In this document: positions 42,803 to 52,275 of the stretch, one piece after another
Layout of the letters: the number at the start of each line of letters is the position of its first letter
Numbering within the stretch: position 1 is the first letter of the stretch
NCBI GenBank assembly: GCA_964383705.1
Contig: CAYLHJ010000003.1
Span: 361 to 64,360 of the forward strand
Direction: 5' to 3'
Origin: an uncultured Candidatus Saccharibacteria bacterium
GTDB lineage: Bacteria; Patescibacteriota; Minisyncoccia; Phycocordibacterales; Zambryskibacteraceae
DNA length: 64,000 nucleotides
Translations under genes and position numbers: made by a program
Notes under the pieces: model-generated
What the model was told of the DNA's origin: nothing
Seen by the model: only the letters and a program-made list of their open reading frames with translations
Database searches by the model: none

Positions 42803-44509
42803 CTAAAGAACATATTCTGGAGTATTAATATACATCCATTCAAAAAGTTGGCGCATGATAGAGGTGGCGCCAATTTGGTTTGCATATGGCCCTTTTTCCA
42901 TTAAAACCAGAAAGGCGTAGCGAGGATTTTCATAAGGAAAATAACCCATAACCCACGAATTAACCAAAGCTTTGGCGCTTCCGAGCTCTGCAGTACCAGT
43001 TTTCGCCGCCACGGTTATTCCTGGCATTAAAAGACCTTTTGCTGTGCCCTCCAAGACAGACAAACGCATACCTTCACGAATAATTTTAAAATTCTCCTCC
43101 AGAAAAGGAAGTTTTTGCGGTTCACTTTTTGGCTTATTATCTTTGAGTATTGTTGGCGTAACAAGTATTCCACCATTTGCAAGAGAAGCCACAGCGCGAA
43201 CTCCTTGAATAGGGGTAACTTGGAAACCATACTGACCAATAGAACTGTTATATGTATCTCCAACTCTCCAGTCACCATCTTCATAATTTAATTTTTTCCA
43301 TTCAAGACTCGGCACGTTTCCACTTTCCTCTCCAAACAAATCAATTCCTGTCTTGCTACCAAAACCGAAGAGTTTTGTATATTTCTCAATATTAGCAATA
43401 CCAATTCCTTTTTGACCATCATGACCTCCACCGACCGTGAAAAAGTAGACGTTTGAAGAAACTGCCAGTGCGTGTCTTAAATCAACTAGACCATGCGCCT
43501 TCCAATCTTTAAAAATTGTTTTTTTAGTTTCATCATATGGGTTCGGGATAGAGATGGAGCCAGTAGAAAGAATTTGTTTCATTGGATCAATAATCCCCTC
43601 TGAAAGTACCCCCATTGCCACAAATGGCTTGATAATAGAGCCGGGGATAAATTGTCCGGCCACTGCTCTATTTAAAAACGGATTGCCTGGATGATTGAGA
43701 AGATTTTGAATTTTTTCACTGTCACCACCCGAAGTCATTACGTTTTGGTCATACTCGGGATAACTTGAAATTGCTAAAATTTCTCCAGTATTAATATCCA
43801 TTATTACCCCGGCGCCAGCAACAAATTCTCGATCGATTACTGTTTCGTGCATCAGTTCATAAAGTTTTTGATTCACCGCTGAATCGATAGAAAGGGTGAT
43901 ATTTTCTCCATCTTTTGGCGAAGTTAAAACACTTTCTGATTGGACATTACCCAGCGCGTCAGTTTCTGTAATTTTCAAGCCATTCGACCCAGAAAGTTTT
44001 TCATTAAATTCAAGTTCTACACCATCTTTAGGGTTAAATTCATTGTTGTAATAAACGCCATATTTATCTTTTGATGGATATTTCACATAACCTACAAGAT
44101 GGGCGACCCCAGAAATTGGCGCGTAAGATCGTAAAGAAAAATCGCCGTTTGTATTTAAAATATTTTGGGCAAGTTCTATTTTATTCCTGTCATAAATAAT
44201 TCCTCGATTGGCAAAAATTGTGGTATGCCTTAAATGATTATTCTCGCTTCTCTCTCTATATTCATTGCCTTGAGCGACTTGAAGCATAAAAAGTCGACCA
44301 AAAAAGACTGAACCGATTAGAAATACAACAACTGAAAACCAAACAAAAGTTACTTTTGAGATAGGTTTTTCTAGTCTGCCCTCAAATTGGTGTGTGTCAA
44401 ATTGAGGGAGGTTTGAGGAATCAAGAAATATTTCCTCGGGCTGTATTTCCCCGCCAATTTTAATCCTATTGCCTGAAAATATTTTTCTTTTAATTTTCTT
44501 AAAATTCAC
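42803..44509 (-). CDS. mrdA: Class B penicillin-binding protein 2 (elongasome transpeptidase) by context with mreBCD
   Basis: N-terminal TM helix. SIIKP (SxxK), SSN and KTGT motifs are present. The gene lies immediately downstream of mreB-mreC-mreD-like genes. Confidence 0.8.
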   Translation of the reverse strand: MNFKKIKRKIFSGNRIKIGGEIQPEEIFLDSSNLPQFDTHQFEGRLEKPISKVTFVWFSVVVFLIGSVFFGRLFMLQVAQGNEYRERSENNHLRHTTIFANRGIIYDRNKIELAQNILNTNGDFSLRSYAPISGVAHLVGYVKYPSKDKYGVYYNNEFNPKDGVELEFNEKLSGSNGLKITETDALGNVQSESVLTSPKDGENITLSIDSAVNQKLYELMHETVIDREFVAGAGVIMDINTGEILAISSYPEYDQNVMTSGGDSEKIQNLLNHPGNPFLNRAVAGQFIPGSIIKPFVAMGVLSEGIIDPMKQILSTGSISIPNPYDETKKTIFKDWKAHGLVDLRHALAVSSNVYFFTVGGGHDGQKGIGIANIEKYTKLFGFGSKTGIDLFGEESGNVPSLEWKKLNYEDGDWRVGDTYNSSIGQYGFQVTPIQGVRAVASLANGGILVTPTILKDNKPKSEPQKLPFLEENFKIIREGMRLSVLEGTAKGLLMPGITVAAKTGTAELGSAKALVNSWVMGYFPYENPRYAFLVLMEKGPYANQIGATSIMRQLFEWMYINTPEYVL

Positions 44510-44516
44510 AGGCCAA

Positions 44517-44804
44517 TTATACCCTAAGAATCAGATGCTCCTTAAGCCACAAAGATATGAAAAAGAAAACACTCGAAACAAAGAAAAAAATGTTAGAAAA
44601 GATAAAACCATTTGATATTACACCATAAAGACCATCCAAAAATACCCCTATAAAAATAGCCTCGATCGGGAACGGGAAAAGTAGGATAAAGCAAACAGTA
44701 AGCACTATGGTTGTCCACCAAGGAAAATAAAAGAGTGATAAAAAAAGAGCAAAAAGTGCAATAATTCGCTGAAAGATTTTAAATTGCATGGAGAATTTCA
44801 ACAA
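44517..44804 (-). CDS. Small polytopic membrane protein, MreD-like by position
   Basis: 95 aa with roughly 3 TM helices. It lies between mreC and mrdA, where mreD is expected. No sequence motif. Confidence 0.35.
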   Translation of the reverse strand: MLKFSMQFKIFQRIIALFALFLSLFYFPWWTTIVLTVCFILLFPFPIEAIFIGVFLDGLYGVISNGFIFSNIFFFVSSVFFFISLWLKEHLILRV

Positions 44805-45573
44805 AACGAATAGAAAACAAATTTACTGGAATTATGAGTCTAACAACTTTGAGGGAATCGGTTTCTGTAGTTTCAATACTTGCAACACGAGCAAGAGAGA
44901 AAGATGGATTTGCTGACAATACAACAAGCTCACCGGGCGATATTTCCAAATCTCTTGGGACTTTCACAGAAAAATTTCCCCCGCCTTTCCCAATTAGTGT
45001 GAGTGGCTCACCACCATCTAAAAGCCGAGCTTCAGTCTGCACATTAGGGCTTGAGTAAAGCTCAACCTTAGCAAGCGTATCTAAATCCTCTATCACCTTT
45101 CCTAAAGCAACACTACCAATAACAGCTGTGCCACCGACCACAATAGAGTCATCGTCAGGAACGTTAACAAATAAAAGATCGTATGGTGATTGAACTGGAA
45201 AAGAAACGACTGGGACAACCGAGCCACGCTCTCGTGATTCAATGTTTAAAAGTTTTCTTAGTTCTTCGTTTTCGGTGAATGTAAGTTCATAAAAAATTGC
45301 TTTTTCGTTCTGTTCGTCAATCTTATTCTTTAATTTTTCATTTTCCTGAATAAGTTCCTCCTTTGAAGAAAATATTTTGTTCGCCATACTTTCAATACCA
45401 AGAGAATCTTTAAATTTCCAAATAGGTTTAGCTATATTTGCTATAGTCCCAGGAAAAAAACTTGGAGCAAATATCTGAATAATAAAAACAAGAGTAAAGA
45501 TAAAAAATCCTACAAGAAATACCTTGCGATTACTTTTTTTTGTTTTAGGTTGTAGAAGGTAATTCGTCTTCAT
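44779..45573 (-). CDS. mreC: Rod shape-determining protein MreC
   Basis: N-terminal TM helix, a coiled coil, and C-terminal beta domains containing GTAVIGSVALGKV-like and LxxS motifs typical of MreC. Confidence 0.75.
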   Translation of the reverse strand: MKTNYLLQPKTKKSNRKVFLVGFFIFTLVFIIQIFAPSFFPGTIANIAKPIWKFKDSLGIESMANKIFSSKEELIQENEKLKNKIDEQNEKAIFYELTFTENEELRKLLNIESRERGSVVPVVSFPVQSPYDLLFVNVPDDDSIVVGGTAVIGSVALGKVIEDLDTLAKVELYSSPNVQTEARLLDGGEPLTLIGKGGGNFSVKVPRDLEISPGELVVLSANPSFSLARVASIETTETDSLKVVRLIIPVNLFSIRFVEILHAI

Positions 45574-46612
45574 TTTGAATAAGAACTTCTTTAAATCCTT
45601 CTAAATCCTCTAAAACTATCCCCGTCCCACGAGCCACAGCAGTCAGTGGGTCAGGAGCCACATGAACAGGAATCTTTATTTCTTCCTCAATAAGTTGAGC
45701 TAAACCTTTAATGAGCGCCCCCCCACCAGCCAAGTAAATACCTCGATTCATTATGTCAGAGAGAACTTCAGGTGGGGTGGTTTCCAAAACTTCTCGTGTC
45801 GACTCAATCAGGCTTGCAATGGATTGAGAAATTGCTTCACGAATATCAGAATCAGTAATGATAACTTCCCGAGGTAATCCAGTGACCAAATCTCTACCTT
45901 TGATTGATGCTTCAAGCGGGGTTTCACCAGGAAGAACCGCACCAATAACAATTTTTACATTTTCTGCTGTTTTTTCTCCAATAAGAATTTTAAATTCACT
46001 CCTAATATAAGAAATGATGTCAGAATTTAAAGTATCGCCCGCAATGCGCAAATTCTTTGCACGGACAACCCCACTAAGTGAAATTACAGCTATATCAGAA
46101 GTTCCTCCGCCAATGTCTATGATCATAGTACCAATGGGATCCTTAACGGGAAGCCTAACACCAATAGCCGCCGCCATAGGCTCCTCAATTATGTGCACCT
46201 CTCCCGCACCAGCATTTCTAGTAGCGTCGCGGACAGCCCTGATTTCAACATTTGTAATACCTGAGGGGACACCCACAACAACCCTTGGACCAAAAAGTTT
46301 TTTTGAGTTTTTTTGTGCTTTATTTAGTAAATAAGTAATCATCTCTTCTGTGACCTCAAAATCAGAGATAACGCCATCAACGAGAGGTTTGACCGCCACG
46401 ATATGGTTTGGAGTTCTACCAAGCATTTGTTTCGCTTCAGAACCAACTGCAACAACTTGTCCGGTTTTTTGATTGACGGCAACAACAGATGGCTCATTAA
46501 TGATAATGCCTTGCCCACGCAAATAAACCAGAGTATTGGCTGTACCTAAATCAATGCCGATATCATTCGACAATATTCGCCTTAATTTTTCATATCTACT
46601 TCCTTTAAACAT
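45545..46612 (-). CDS. mreB: Actin-like rod-shape protein MreB
   Basis: Phosphate 1 motif IGIDLGTANTLVY, and the adenosine and phosphate 2 motifs. 355 aa. Confidence 0.9.
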   Translation of the reverse strand: MFKGSRYEKLRRILSNDIGIDLGTANTLVYLRGQGIIINEPSVVAVNQKTGQVVAVGSEAKQMLGRTPNHIVAVKPLVDGVISDFEVTEEMITYLLNKAQKNSKKLFGPRVVVGVPSGITNVEIRAVRDATRNAGAGEVHIIEEPMAAAIGVRLPVKDPIGTMIIDIGGGTSDIAVISLSGVVRAKNLRIAGDTLNSDIISYIRSEFKILIGEKTAENVKIVIGAVLPGETPLEASIKGRDLVTGLPREVIITDSDIREAISQSIASLIESTREVLETTPPEVLSDIMNRGIYLAGGGALIKGLAQLIEEEIKIPVHVAPDPLTAVARGTGIVLEDLEGFKEVLIQNEDELPSTT

Positions 46613-46614
46613 AT

Positions 46615-47910
46615 CTAGTGGAAAAAATGACCTAAAGATGAAAAGATATTGTCCTGAGGAACAATTACTGTCTTTCCACTCTTCCTTTCTTTTATTTCAA
46701 GTGTCTTTTCTGCAATACCGCGATCACTAACTATAATCTGATACGGAATACCAATGAGGTCTGCGTCAGCGAACTTCTCTCCTGCTCGCAAATCCCTGTC
46801 ATCATAAAGAACTTCTATATTTTTTGAAAGTTCTGAATAGATTTCTTTTGCATAATTTGTCACATTTTCATCCTTACCTTTAATCTCAATAAGATGAATA
46901 TAAAATGGAGCGACAGATTCTGGCCAAACCACACCCTTTTCATCAGAAAGAGTTTCAACTATTGTCCCCATTACTCGGCCCGGCCCGATACCATAACTTC
47001 CCATTATTACCATTCTCTTTTCGCCACTTTCATCTGTAAAAAATAATTCGAATGCTTCTGAGAATTTCGTTCCCAATGAAAATATATTTCCAACTTCAAT
47101 GGCTTTTTTCTCTACAAGGCTGTCACGAGAGAGATTCAAATCACCTAACACTTCATCATTCAGCACCTCTTTATTTACAGCAATTTTTTTATTTTCATCA
47201 ACAAAAATGATATCTTCACCCGCATCAGATATTGTCTGGAATTCATGAGAATATTTACTAAAGGTACCGCCACTTGCAAAGGTTATAAATGTTCTCCCCC
47301 CTAAACCGACCCGATCAAAAATGGTTATATATGCTTGTTTCACCTTTTCGTAAAGTGCATTATGTTCTTCCTGATCTTTAGTAAAAGAATAGAGGTCTTT
47401 CATACCAAATTCCCTTCCCCTTAAAATCCCACTTTTAGCCCTAGATTCATTTCTAAACTTAGTTTGAATTTGATAAACCAGTTTAGGCAAATCACGATAA
47501 GAACTTATGTATTCCTTCATAAGAGAAGTAATCGGTTCTTCGTGAGTAAAACCGAGACCAAGATCACTTCCGTTTTTAAGTTTTGTTTTAAACCAATTGT
47601 CTACAACTTCATCACTCCATCGATTGGTTTTATCCCAAATTTCTTTGTCTTGAAGTGCGGTTAAAAAAATTTCTTGTCCGCCAAGATTATTCATCTCTTC
47701 GCGAATAATATTTTGAATTTTATTAATAACGCGAAGGCCCATCGGAAGATAAGAATATGCGCCGGCCATTTCTTTATGCACATATCCAGCACGAACAAGC
47801 AACTCAGCATTTTTTGCAATCTCGTCTTTTGGCCCCTCCCTCCTTGTCTTTGTAAAGAGTTGTGATTGTCTCATTGCCAAAATATTACAGGAAATAAAGT
47901 AGTTAAGCAA
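46615..47910 (-). CDS. proS: Prolyl-tRNA synthetase (class II, short form without the editing insertion)
   Basis: The N-terminal SQLFTKTRRE...ELLVRAGYV is typical of ProRS. Class II motifs and a C-terminal anticodon-binding domain are present. 431 aa. Confidence 0.85.
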   Translation of the reverse strand: MLNYFISCNILAMRQSQLFTKTRREGPKDEIAKNAELLVRAGYVHKEMAGAYSYLPMGLRVINKIQNIIREEMNNLGGQEIFLTALQDKEIWDKTNRWSDEVVDNWFKTKLKNGSDLGLGFTHEEPITSLMKEYISSYRDLPKLVYQIQTKFRNESRAKSGILRGREFGMKDLYSFTKDQEEHNALYEKVKQAYITIFDRVGLGGRTFITFASGGTFSKYSHEFQTISDAGEDIIFVDENKKIAVNKEVLNDEVLGDLNLSRDSLVEKKAIEVGNIFSLGTKFSEAFELFFTDESGEKRMVIMGSYGIGPGRVMGTIVETLSDEKGVVWPESVAPFYIHLIEIKGKDENVTNYAKEIYSELSKNIEVLYDDRDLRAGEKFADADLIGIPYQIIVSDRGIAEKTLEIKERKSGKTVIVPQDNIFSSLGHFFH

Positions 47911-47941
47911 AAATGGATTGACACGAATAAAAAAATGTTAC

Positions 47942-48238
47942 CTAAGAGGCCTGAGGAGTTCTATGGACAGATTCTAATCTGTCCGCGATTTCTTTTATAA
48001 CTTCATCTGGATGCTCTTGCGCTCGAACAAAAAAATCTTCTTCATTGTTAACTCTTGTGTTAAATAACAAGCGAAATTCAGTAGAAAATTCATCAATCCA
48101 AGCTTCGGCTTTTTTAATATCATGAACACCTTCTGCTAAAAAATGTTTCATGACACCAGTTTGAATAATCATTTTGACTCTAAGAAATTCTTGGGGCGGT
48201 ATAGTTTCTTTTTTTGTTGGAACACCTTCTTGGTTCAT
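47942..48238 (-). CDS. Hypothetical protein (98 aa)
   Basis: ORF with consistent codon usage, situated between rseP and proS. No motif. Confidence 0.35.
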   Translation of the reverse strand: MNQEGVPTKKETIPPQEFLRVKMIIQTGVMKHFLAEGVHDIKKAEAWIDEFSTEFRLLFNTRVNNEEDFFVRAQEHPDEVIKEIADRLESVHRTPQAS

Positions 48239-48245
48239 TTTCTCC

Positions 48246-49349
48246 TTAGAATAATTTAATTATATCGTGAAAAGTTACCACAACCATAAGAAGTATAAGA
48301 AAGGCAAAACCAACAGCATTGACCGTATTTGTTATTTTGGATGAAATGGCTTTTTTGCGCACAGCCTCAATAGCAACAATTACCAAGCGCCCCCCATCAA
48401 GAGCGGGAAATGGCAAAAGATTAATTACCGCCAAGTTTATGGAAATAAGGGCGGTGAAAGATATTAGATAGACAAGACCAAGTTCTGATACGTCTCCCAC
48501 CAAACCCACAATTCCGACAGGGCCTGTTACTTGAGAAAAATCGCCATTTCCCACCACGGCTTGACCAAGAAAATTAACAAGACCAACAGTAGTCGCTACA
48601 AAAAGTTGGCTGGTGTCTTTTAACCCTTCAACCAAAGCCAAGTGGACTGGAAGATTTAAAATCCCAATTTCATCCATTGCAATACCGATAGCGATTTTGC
48701 CCTGAATAACACCTTCTTCACCCTTTACATCTTTTATTAATAATTCTTTCCCCCTCTTTATTTCAAATTTAACTCCATCCTTTCCATGAGCTTCTATGAA
48801 ATTTGAAACATTTCGACCAGTCATTTCTTTTAGAACAAAGGTTTCTCGGGAGGATTCTGAGGAAAGCGAAATGATGGTGTCTCCAGGCTTTATGGATGAC
48901 CTGTCGGCCGGTGAATTGGGAGAAACCGCAGTAATAATCAATCTTTCATTTTTTACGATACCTGGACCATCATGACTGACCGGAGTTGGCAAACCAATTA
49001 AATAACCACTAGCAATTAGAATCCAAGCAAACAGGAAATTAAACAAAACTCCGGCAACAAGAACAGCCGCTTGAATATGCCTTGGCTTAGCAATAATACT
49101 CCTATTGTGTTCTGGGCCGGATATTGATTCATCATTAGGATCCTCACCAAATATCTTTACAAAACCACCAAATGGAATTGCGTTTATAGAATATTCAGTT
49201 TCACCGCGAGTAGTACTCCAAAGTTTAGGAGGAAAACCAATACCAAACTCAGTTACCTTTATACCAGACCTCTTGGCAACAAGAAAATGACCTAATTCAT
49301 GGACAAAGACTAGAATTGCTAAAACAATAATAAAGATAATTATAGACAT
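48246..49349 (-). CDS. rseP: RIP site-2 metalloprotease RseP (M50 family) with a PDZ domain
   Basis: HELGHF zinc motif in TM1, a PDZ insert, and the LDGG motif in the C-terminal TM. Confidence 0.85.
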   Translation of the reverse strand: MSIIIFIIVLAILVFVHELGHFLVAKRSGIKVTEFGIGFPPKLWSTTRGETEYSINAIPFGGFVKIFGEDPNDESISGPEHNRSIIAKPRHIQAAVLVAGVLFNFLFAWILIASGYLIGLPTPVSHDGPGIVKNERLIITAVSPNSPADRSSIKPGDTIISLSSESSRETFVLKEMTGRNVSNFIEAHGKDGVKFEIKRGKELLIKDVKGEEGVIQGKIAIGIAMDEIGILNLPVHLALVEGLKDTSQLFVATTVGLVNFLGQAVVGNGDFSQVTGPVGIVGLVGDVSELGLVYLISFTALISINLAVINLLPFPALDGGRLVIVAIEAVRKKAISSKITNTVNAVGFAFLILLMVVVTFHDIIKLF

Positions 49350-49901
49350 TTATGTAATTATTTCTTGCTCCTTCTTTTCCGCCATTTCATCTATCTTTTT
49401 GTTAACAATTTCAACTCTCTTTTGAAGCTCTTCATAATAACGAAACTTATCGTCTTCACTTATCTCCCCCTTTTTTTCTTTTAAATCGATGTCGCTTTTT
49501 ATTTTTTCTCGTTCAAGCCTTAAACTGATTTTAGCTTCCTCCTGTTTTTGTTTTGCAACTTTTACTAATGCTACTCTGCGTTCAGTGGTTAATTGAGGAA
49601 AACTGACTCTTAAACCCTTTTCATCTGTTGAAACAGAAAGCCCCAAACCAGAATCAATAATTCCTTTTTCAATATTTTTTGACTGAGTTATATCCCAAGG
49701 AGTTATTCGTAGAGTCTTTGGATCTTCGACAGAAATACCAGCGAGCTCTCGGATAGACATCTTGCTCCCATATGATTCTACAGAAACCGCATCAAGAATA
49801 ACTGGTGTCGCTCTCCCAGTACGTATTAAAGAATACTCTTGTTTTAACCAAGAGATTACATCTTCAGTTTTTTGATCAAAAATTTGAAAATTGTATACCA
49901 T
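49350..49901 (-). CDS. frr: Ribosome recycling factor
   Basis: 183 aa. Conserved RRF sequence (...IRTGRATP..LD.V.V.YG...). Confidence 0.9.
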   Translation of the reverse strand: MVYNFQIFDQKTEDVISWLKQEYSLIRTGRATPVILDAVSVESYGSKMSIRELAGISVEDPKTLRITPWDITQSKNIEKGIIDSGLGLSVSTDEKGLRVSFPQLTTERRVALVKVAKQKQEEAKISLRLEREKIKSDIDLKEKKGEISEDDKFRYYEELQKRVEIVNKKIDEMAEKKEQEIIT

Positions 49902-49942
49902 ACATCGCTATTGTATCAGAGAAATTAACAAGCTCAATTTAA

Positions 49943-50485
49943 TCAATAAAAAATAGAATAAATAGATATTACAACACCAACAAAAACAACTTGGAGTAAT
50001 GGACCGAGAAGATAATTCTTTTTTAGATTTTTCTTGCTATGACAAAATTCATGAAATTTTTTAAGAGAAATAAGGGGTTCTTTTTTATATATAAAATAAA
50101 CAAATTGCAAAAAGTCCGGCATAACACCACCAAGCGCCCCCCAAAAGATACCACTTGAAATAATCCCAGAAAAAGTAAAGCTATCAAAATATTGCTGATA
50201 AAAGTAAAAAGCAACGACAAATCCAAAAATACAATCAAAAAGAATTACGAGTACATCAGTTATTGTTTTTTTGCTGAAGACCACAATAACGCTTTTTTTA
50301 TCTGCCGATTTTTTCTTAAATGAATTGAGTAAATGAAAATAGTCCCAGTGCGCGATGGAATCAAGTAGAAAGTGGCTTAAAAAGCCAAATAGAAAAGACA
50401 ACACTGGATGAGTGCGCATCATTAAACCAATAGAGGCTCCAATTACTCCGTGCGTTGCTAATACCATCGGTCTAGAGTATACCAA
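49943..50485 (-). CDS. Membrane-bound metal-dependent hydrolase-like protein (YdjM/DUF457-like)
   Basis: Polytopic membrane protein. An N-terminal THGVIGASIG motif and the HFLLDSIAHWDYF His/Asp cluster are reminiscent of the YdjM family. Confidence 0.35.
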   Translation of the reverse strand: MVYSRPMVLATHGVIGASIGLMMRTHPVLSFLFGFLSHFLLDSIAHWDYFHLLNSFKKKSADKKSVIVVFSKKTITDVLVILFDCIFGFVVAFYFYQQYFDSFTFSGIISSGIFWGALGGVMPDFLQFVYFIYKKEPLISLKKFHEFCHSKKNLKKNYLLGPLLQVVFVGVVISIYSIFY

Positions 50486-50490
50486 GGTTT

Positions 50491-51186
50491 CTAAACCCTG
50501 GGAATAATACTACTTATGTGTTCTAAAATAATTTTTACTGATGGTGAACGACTGCGCAAATACTTCTTTAGATTAATAATGTCCAACAATGTGCTCCCAT
50601 TTAATCTAACCTGATGTTTTTTTAAAAAAATATCTCTCCCGTAAACTTCAATACTATCTAAAAGTGAAATTGCTCTTGTTTTATCTTTATCTTCGACAAT
50701 ATTTTCAATTATCAAACTCCTCTGCTTAGAATTTGCCTTAAAAAAGGCCTCTCCCGTCTTTAAAAGATGATCCTCCCTATCAGAATAATCAGATAGAGGG
50801 ACAATGAGCATACGGGATCGAAGGGTCGGCAAAAGTATCTCAGCGGAAGGGGCAATAATAAAAAAGTGTGTATTCCCTGTTGGTTCTTCAAACATTTTTA
50901 AAAGAGCATTTTGAGCTTCTAATGAAAAAGACTCAACTCCAATGACAAAGATTTTCCTATTGTTGAAGCTTTTCTTTGACTGAAGGTTTGATACAAGTCT
51001 CCCTTCCTCTATACCAAACATTGAAAATTTACTTTTCCAATAATCGGGGTTTGCCTTAACAGAAAAAGAAAGTTCTTTCTCAAAAAACAACTCAAGGTCT
51101 AAAACTAATGAATCAAAATCACCAACTAGAAAGTGGGAATGGTGCAGAGTTCCATATTTTTTAAACCAATTCGAAAGAAATTTCAT
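50491..51186 (-). CDS. holB: DNA polymerase III delta-prime-like clamp-loader subunit
   Basis: AAA+ fold lacking an intact Walker A. Conserved EAQNALLKMFEEP and sensor-2 SRM(C) motifs. Confidence 0.55.
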   Translation of the reverse strand: MKFLSNWFKKYGTLHHSHFLVGDFDSLVLDLELFFEKELSFSVKANPDYWKSKFSMFGIEEGRLVSNLQSKKSFNNRKIFVIGVESFSLEAQNALLKMFEEPTGNTHFFIIAPSAEILLPTLRSRMLIVPLSDYSDREDHLLKTGEAFFKANSKQRSLIIENIVEDKDKTRAISLLDSIEVYGRDIFLKKHQVRLNGSTLLDIINLKKYLRSRSPSVKIILEHISSIIPRV

Positions 51187-51195
51187 TTTAACTTA

Positions 51196-52209
51196 CTACC
51201 GTTTTGAGATAATGCTCTTCTTATATATATCCAAATGATCAAGGGCTACTCCTGTACCACGGGCAACACAATAGATAGGATCTTTGGCGAGTGTAGCTTT
51301 TACCCCAGTCCGACGGAAAACAAGTTCAGGAAGATTGCGCAACAAAGAAGATCCCCCTGTCATAATTATACCCTTATCAATAATATCTGAAGAAAGTTCT
51401 GGGGGCGTTTCCTGAAGTACGTCTTTTATCGCCTTTATCATCTCCCTTAATTCTTTTGAAATTGCTTTAACAATTTCATTTGTCTTTATTTCAACGGAAC
51501 GCGGTAGTCCCAAAACGTAATCCCTTCCTTTTATATTCATAACCAATTCTTCTTCTAGCGGAATAGCCGAACCAATTTTCATTTTTATCTCTTCTGCAGT
51601 CTTATCTCCAATAGCTAAATTAAAACTTTTCTTAATGTAGTCAGCAATCGCCAGATCAACCCTATTGCCAGCACATTTTATTGATGTTGAAGCGACGATA
51701 CCGCCCAAAGAAATAACAGCCACATCAGTCGTCCCGCCACCAATGTCAACAATCATGTGGCCTACAGGCTCATGAATCGGAATACCGGCCCCGATTGCGG
51801 CCAATATCGGTTCTTTAACTACAAAAGCATTTTTAGCTCCAGCTTTCATTGCCGCCTCAACTACCGCCCTCCTTTCCGTCGAAGTAACTCCTGCCGGGAC
51901 AGATATCAAAACCTCCGGCTTTGCAATATTCCATTTCCCAAGAGCCTTTCCGATATAATAACGCAACATTGCTTCAGTTACCCTATAATCTGCAATTACC
52001 CCATCTTTCATCGGGCGATAAGCCACAATTGAATCTGGAGTTTTGCCTATCATCTCTTTCGCTTCCAAACCAATAGCAAGAATCTTTTTATCTTCTTCTG
52101 AAATTGCAACAACTGATGGTTCATTAAGCACAATCCCCCGCCCCGGTGCAAAAACAAGCACGCTTGTTGTGCCTAAGTCTACCCCCAACTTTTTAGAGAA
52201 AATACCCAT
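51196..52209 (-). CDS. Second MreB-family actin-like protein (Mbl-like paralogue)
   Basis: GVDLGTTSVLVF phosphate 1 motif and full MreB motif set. 337 aa. Distinct from the mreB at 45545..46612. Confidence 0.85.
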   Translation of the reverse strand: MGIFSKKLGVDLGTTSVLVFAPGRGIVLNEPSVVAISEEDKKILAIGLEAKEMIGKTPDSIVAYRPMKDGVIADYRVTEAMLRYYIGKALGKWNIAKPEVLISVPAGVTSTERRAVVEAAMKAGAKNAFVVKEPILAAIGAGIPIHEPVGHMIVDIGGGTTDVAVISLGGIVASTSIKCAGNRVDLAIADYIKKSFNLAIGDKTAEEIKMKIGSAIPLEEELVMNIKGRDYVLGLPRSVEIKTNEIVKAISKELREMIKAIKDVLQETPPELSSDIIDKGIIMTGGSSLLRNLPELVFRRTGVKATLAKDPIYCVARGTGVALDHLDIYKKSIISKR

Positions 52210-52275
52210 ACGACCATAGCTTACGGTTTTTAAAATGAAAATACAAGAAAAAGGAATGTGATATTCTGATAAACA

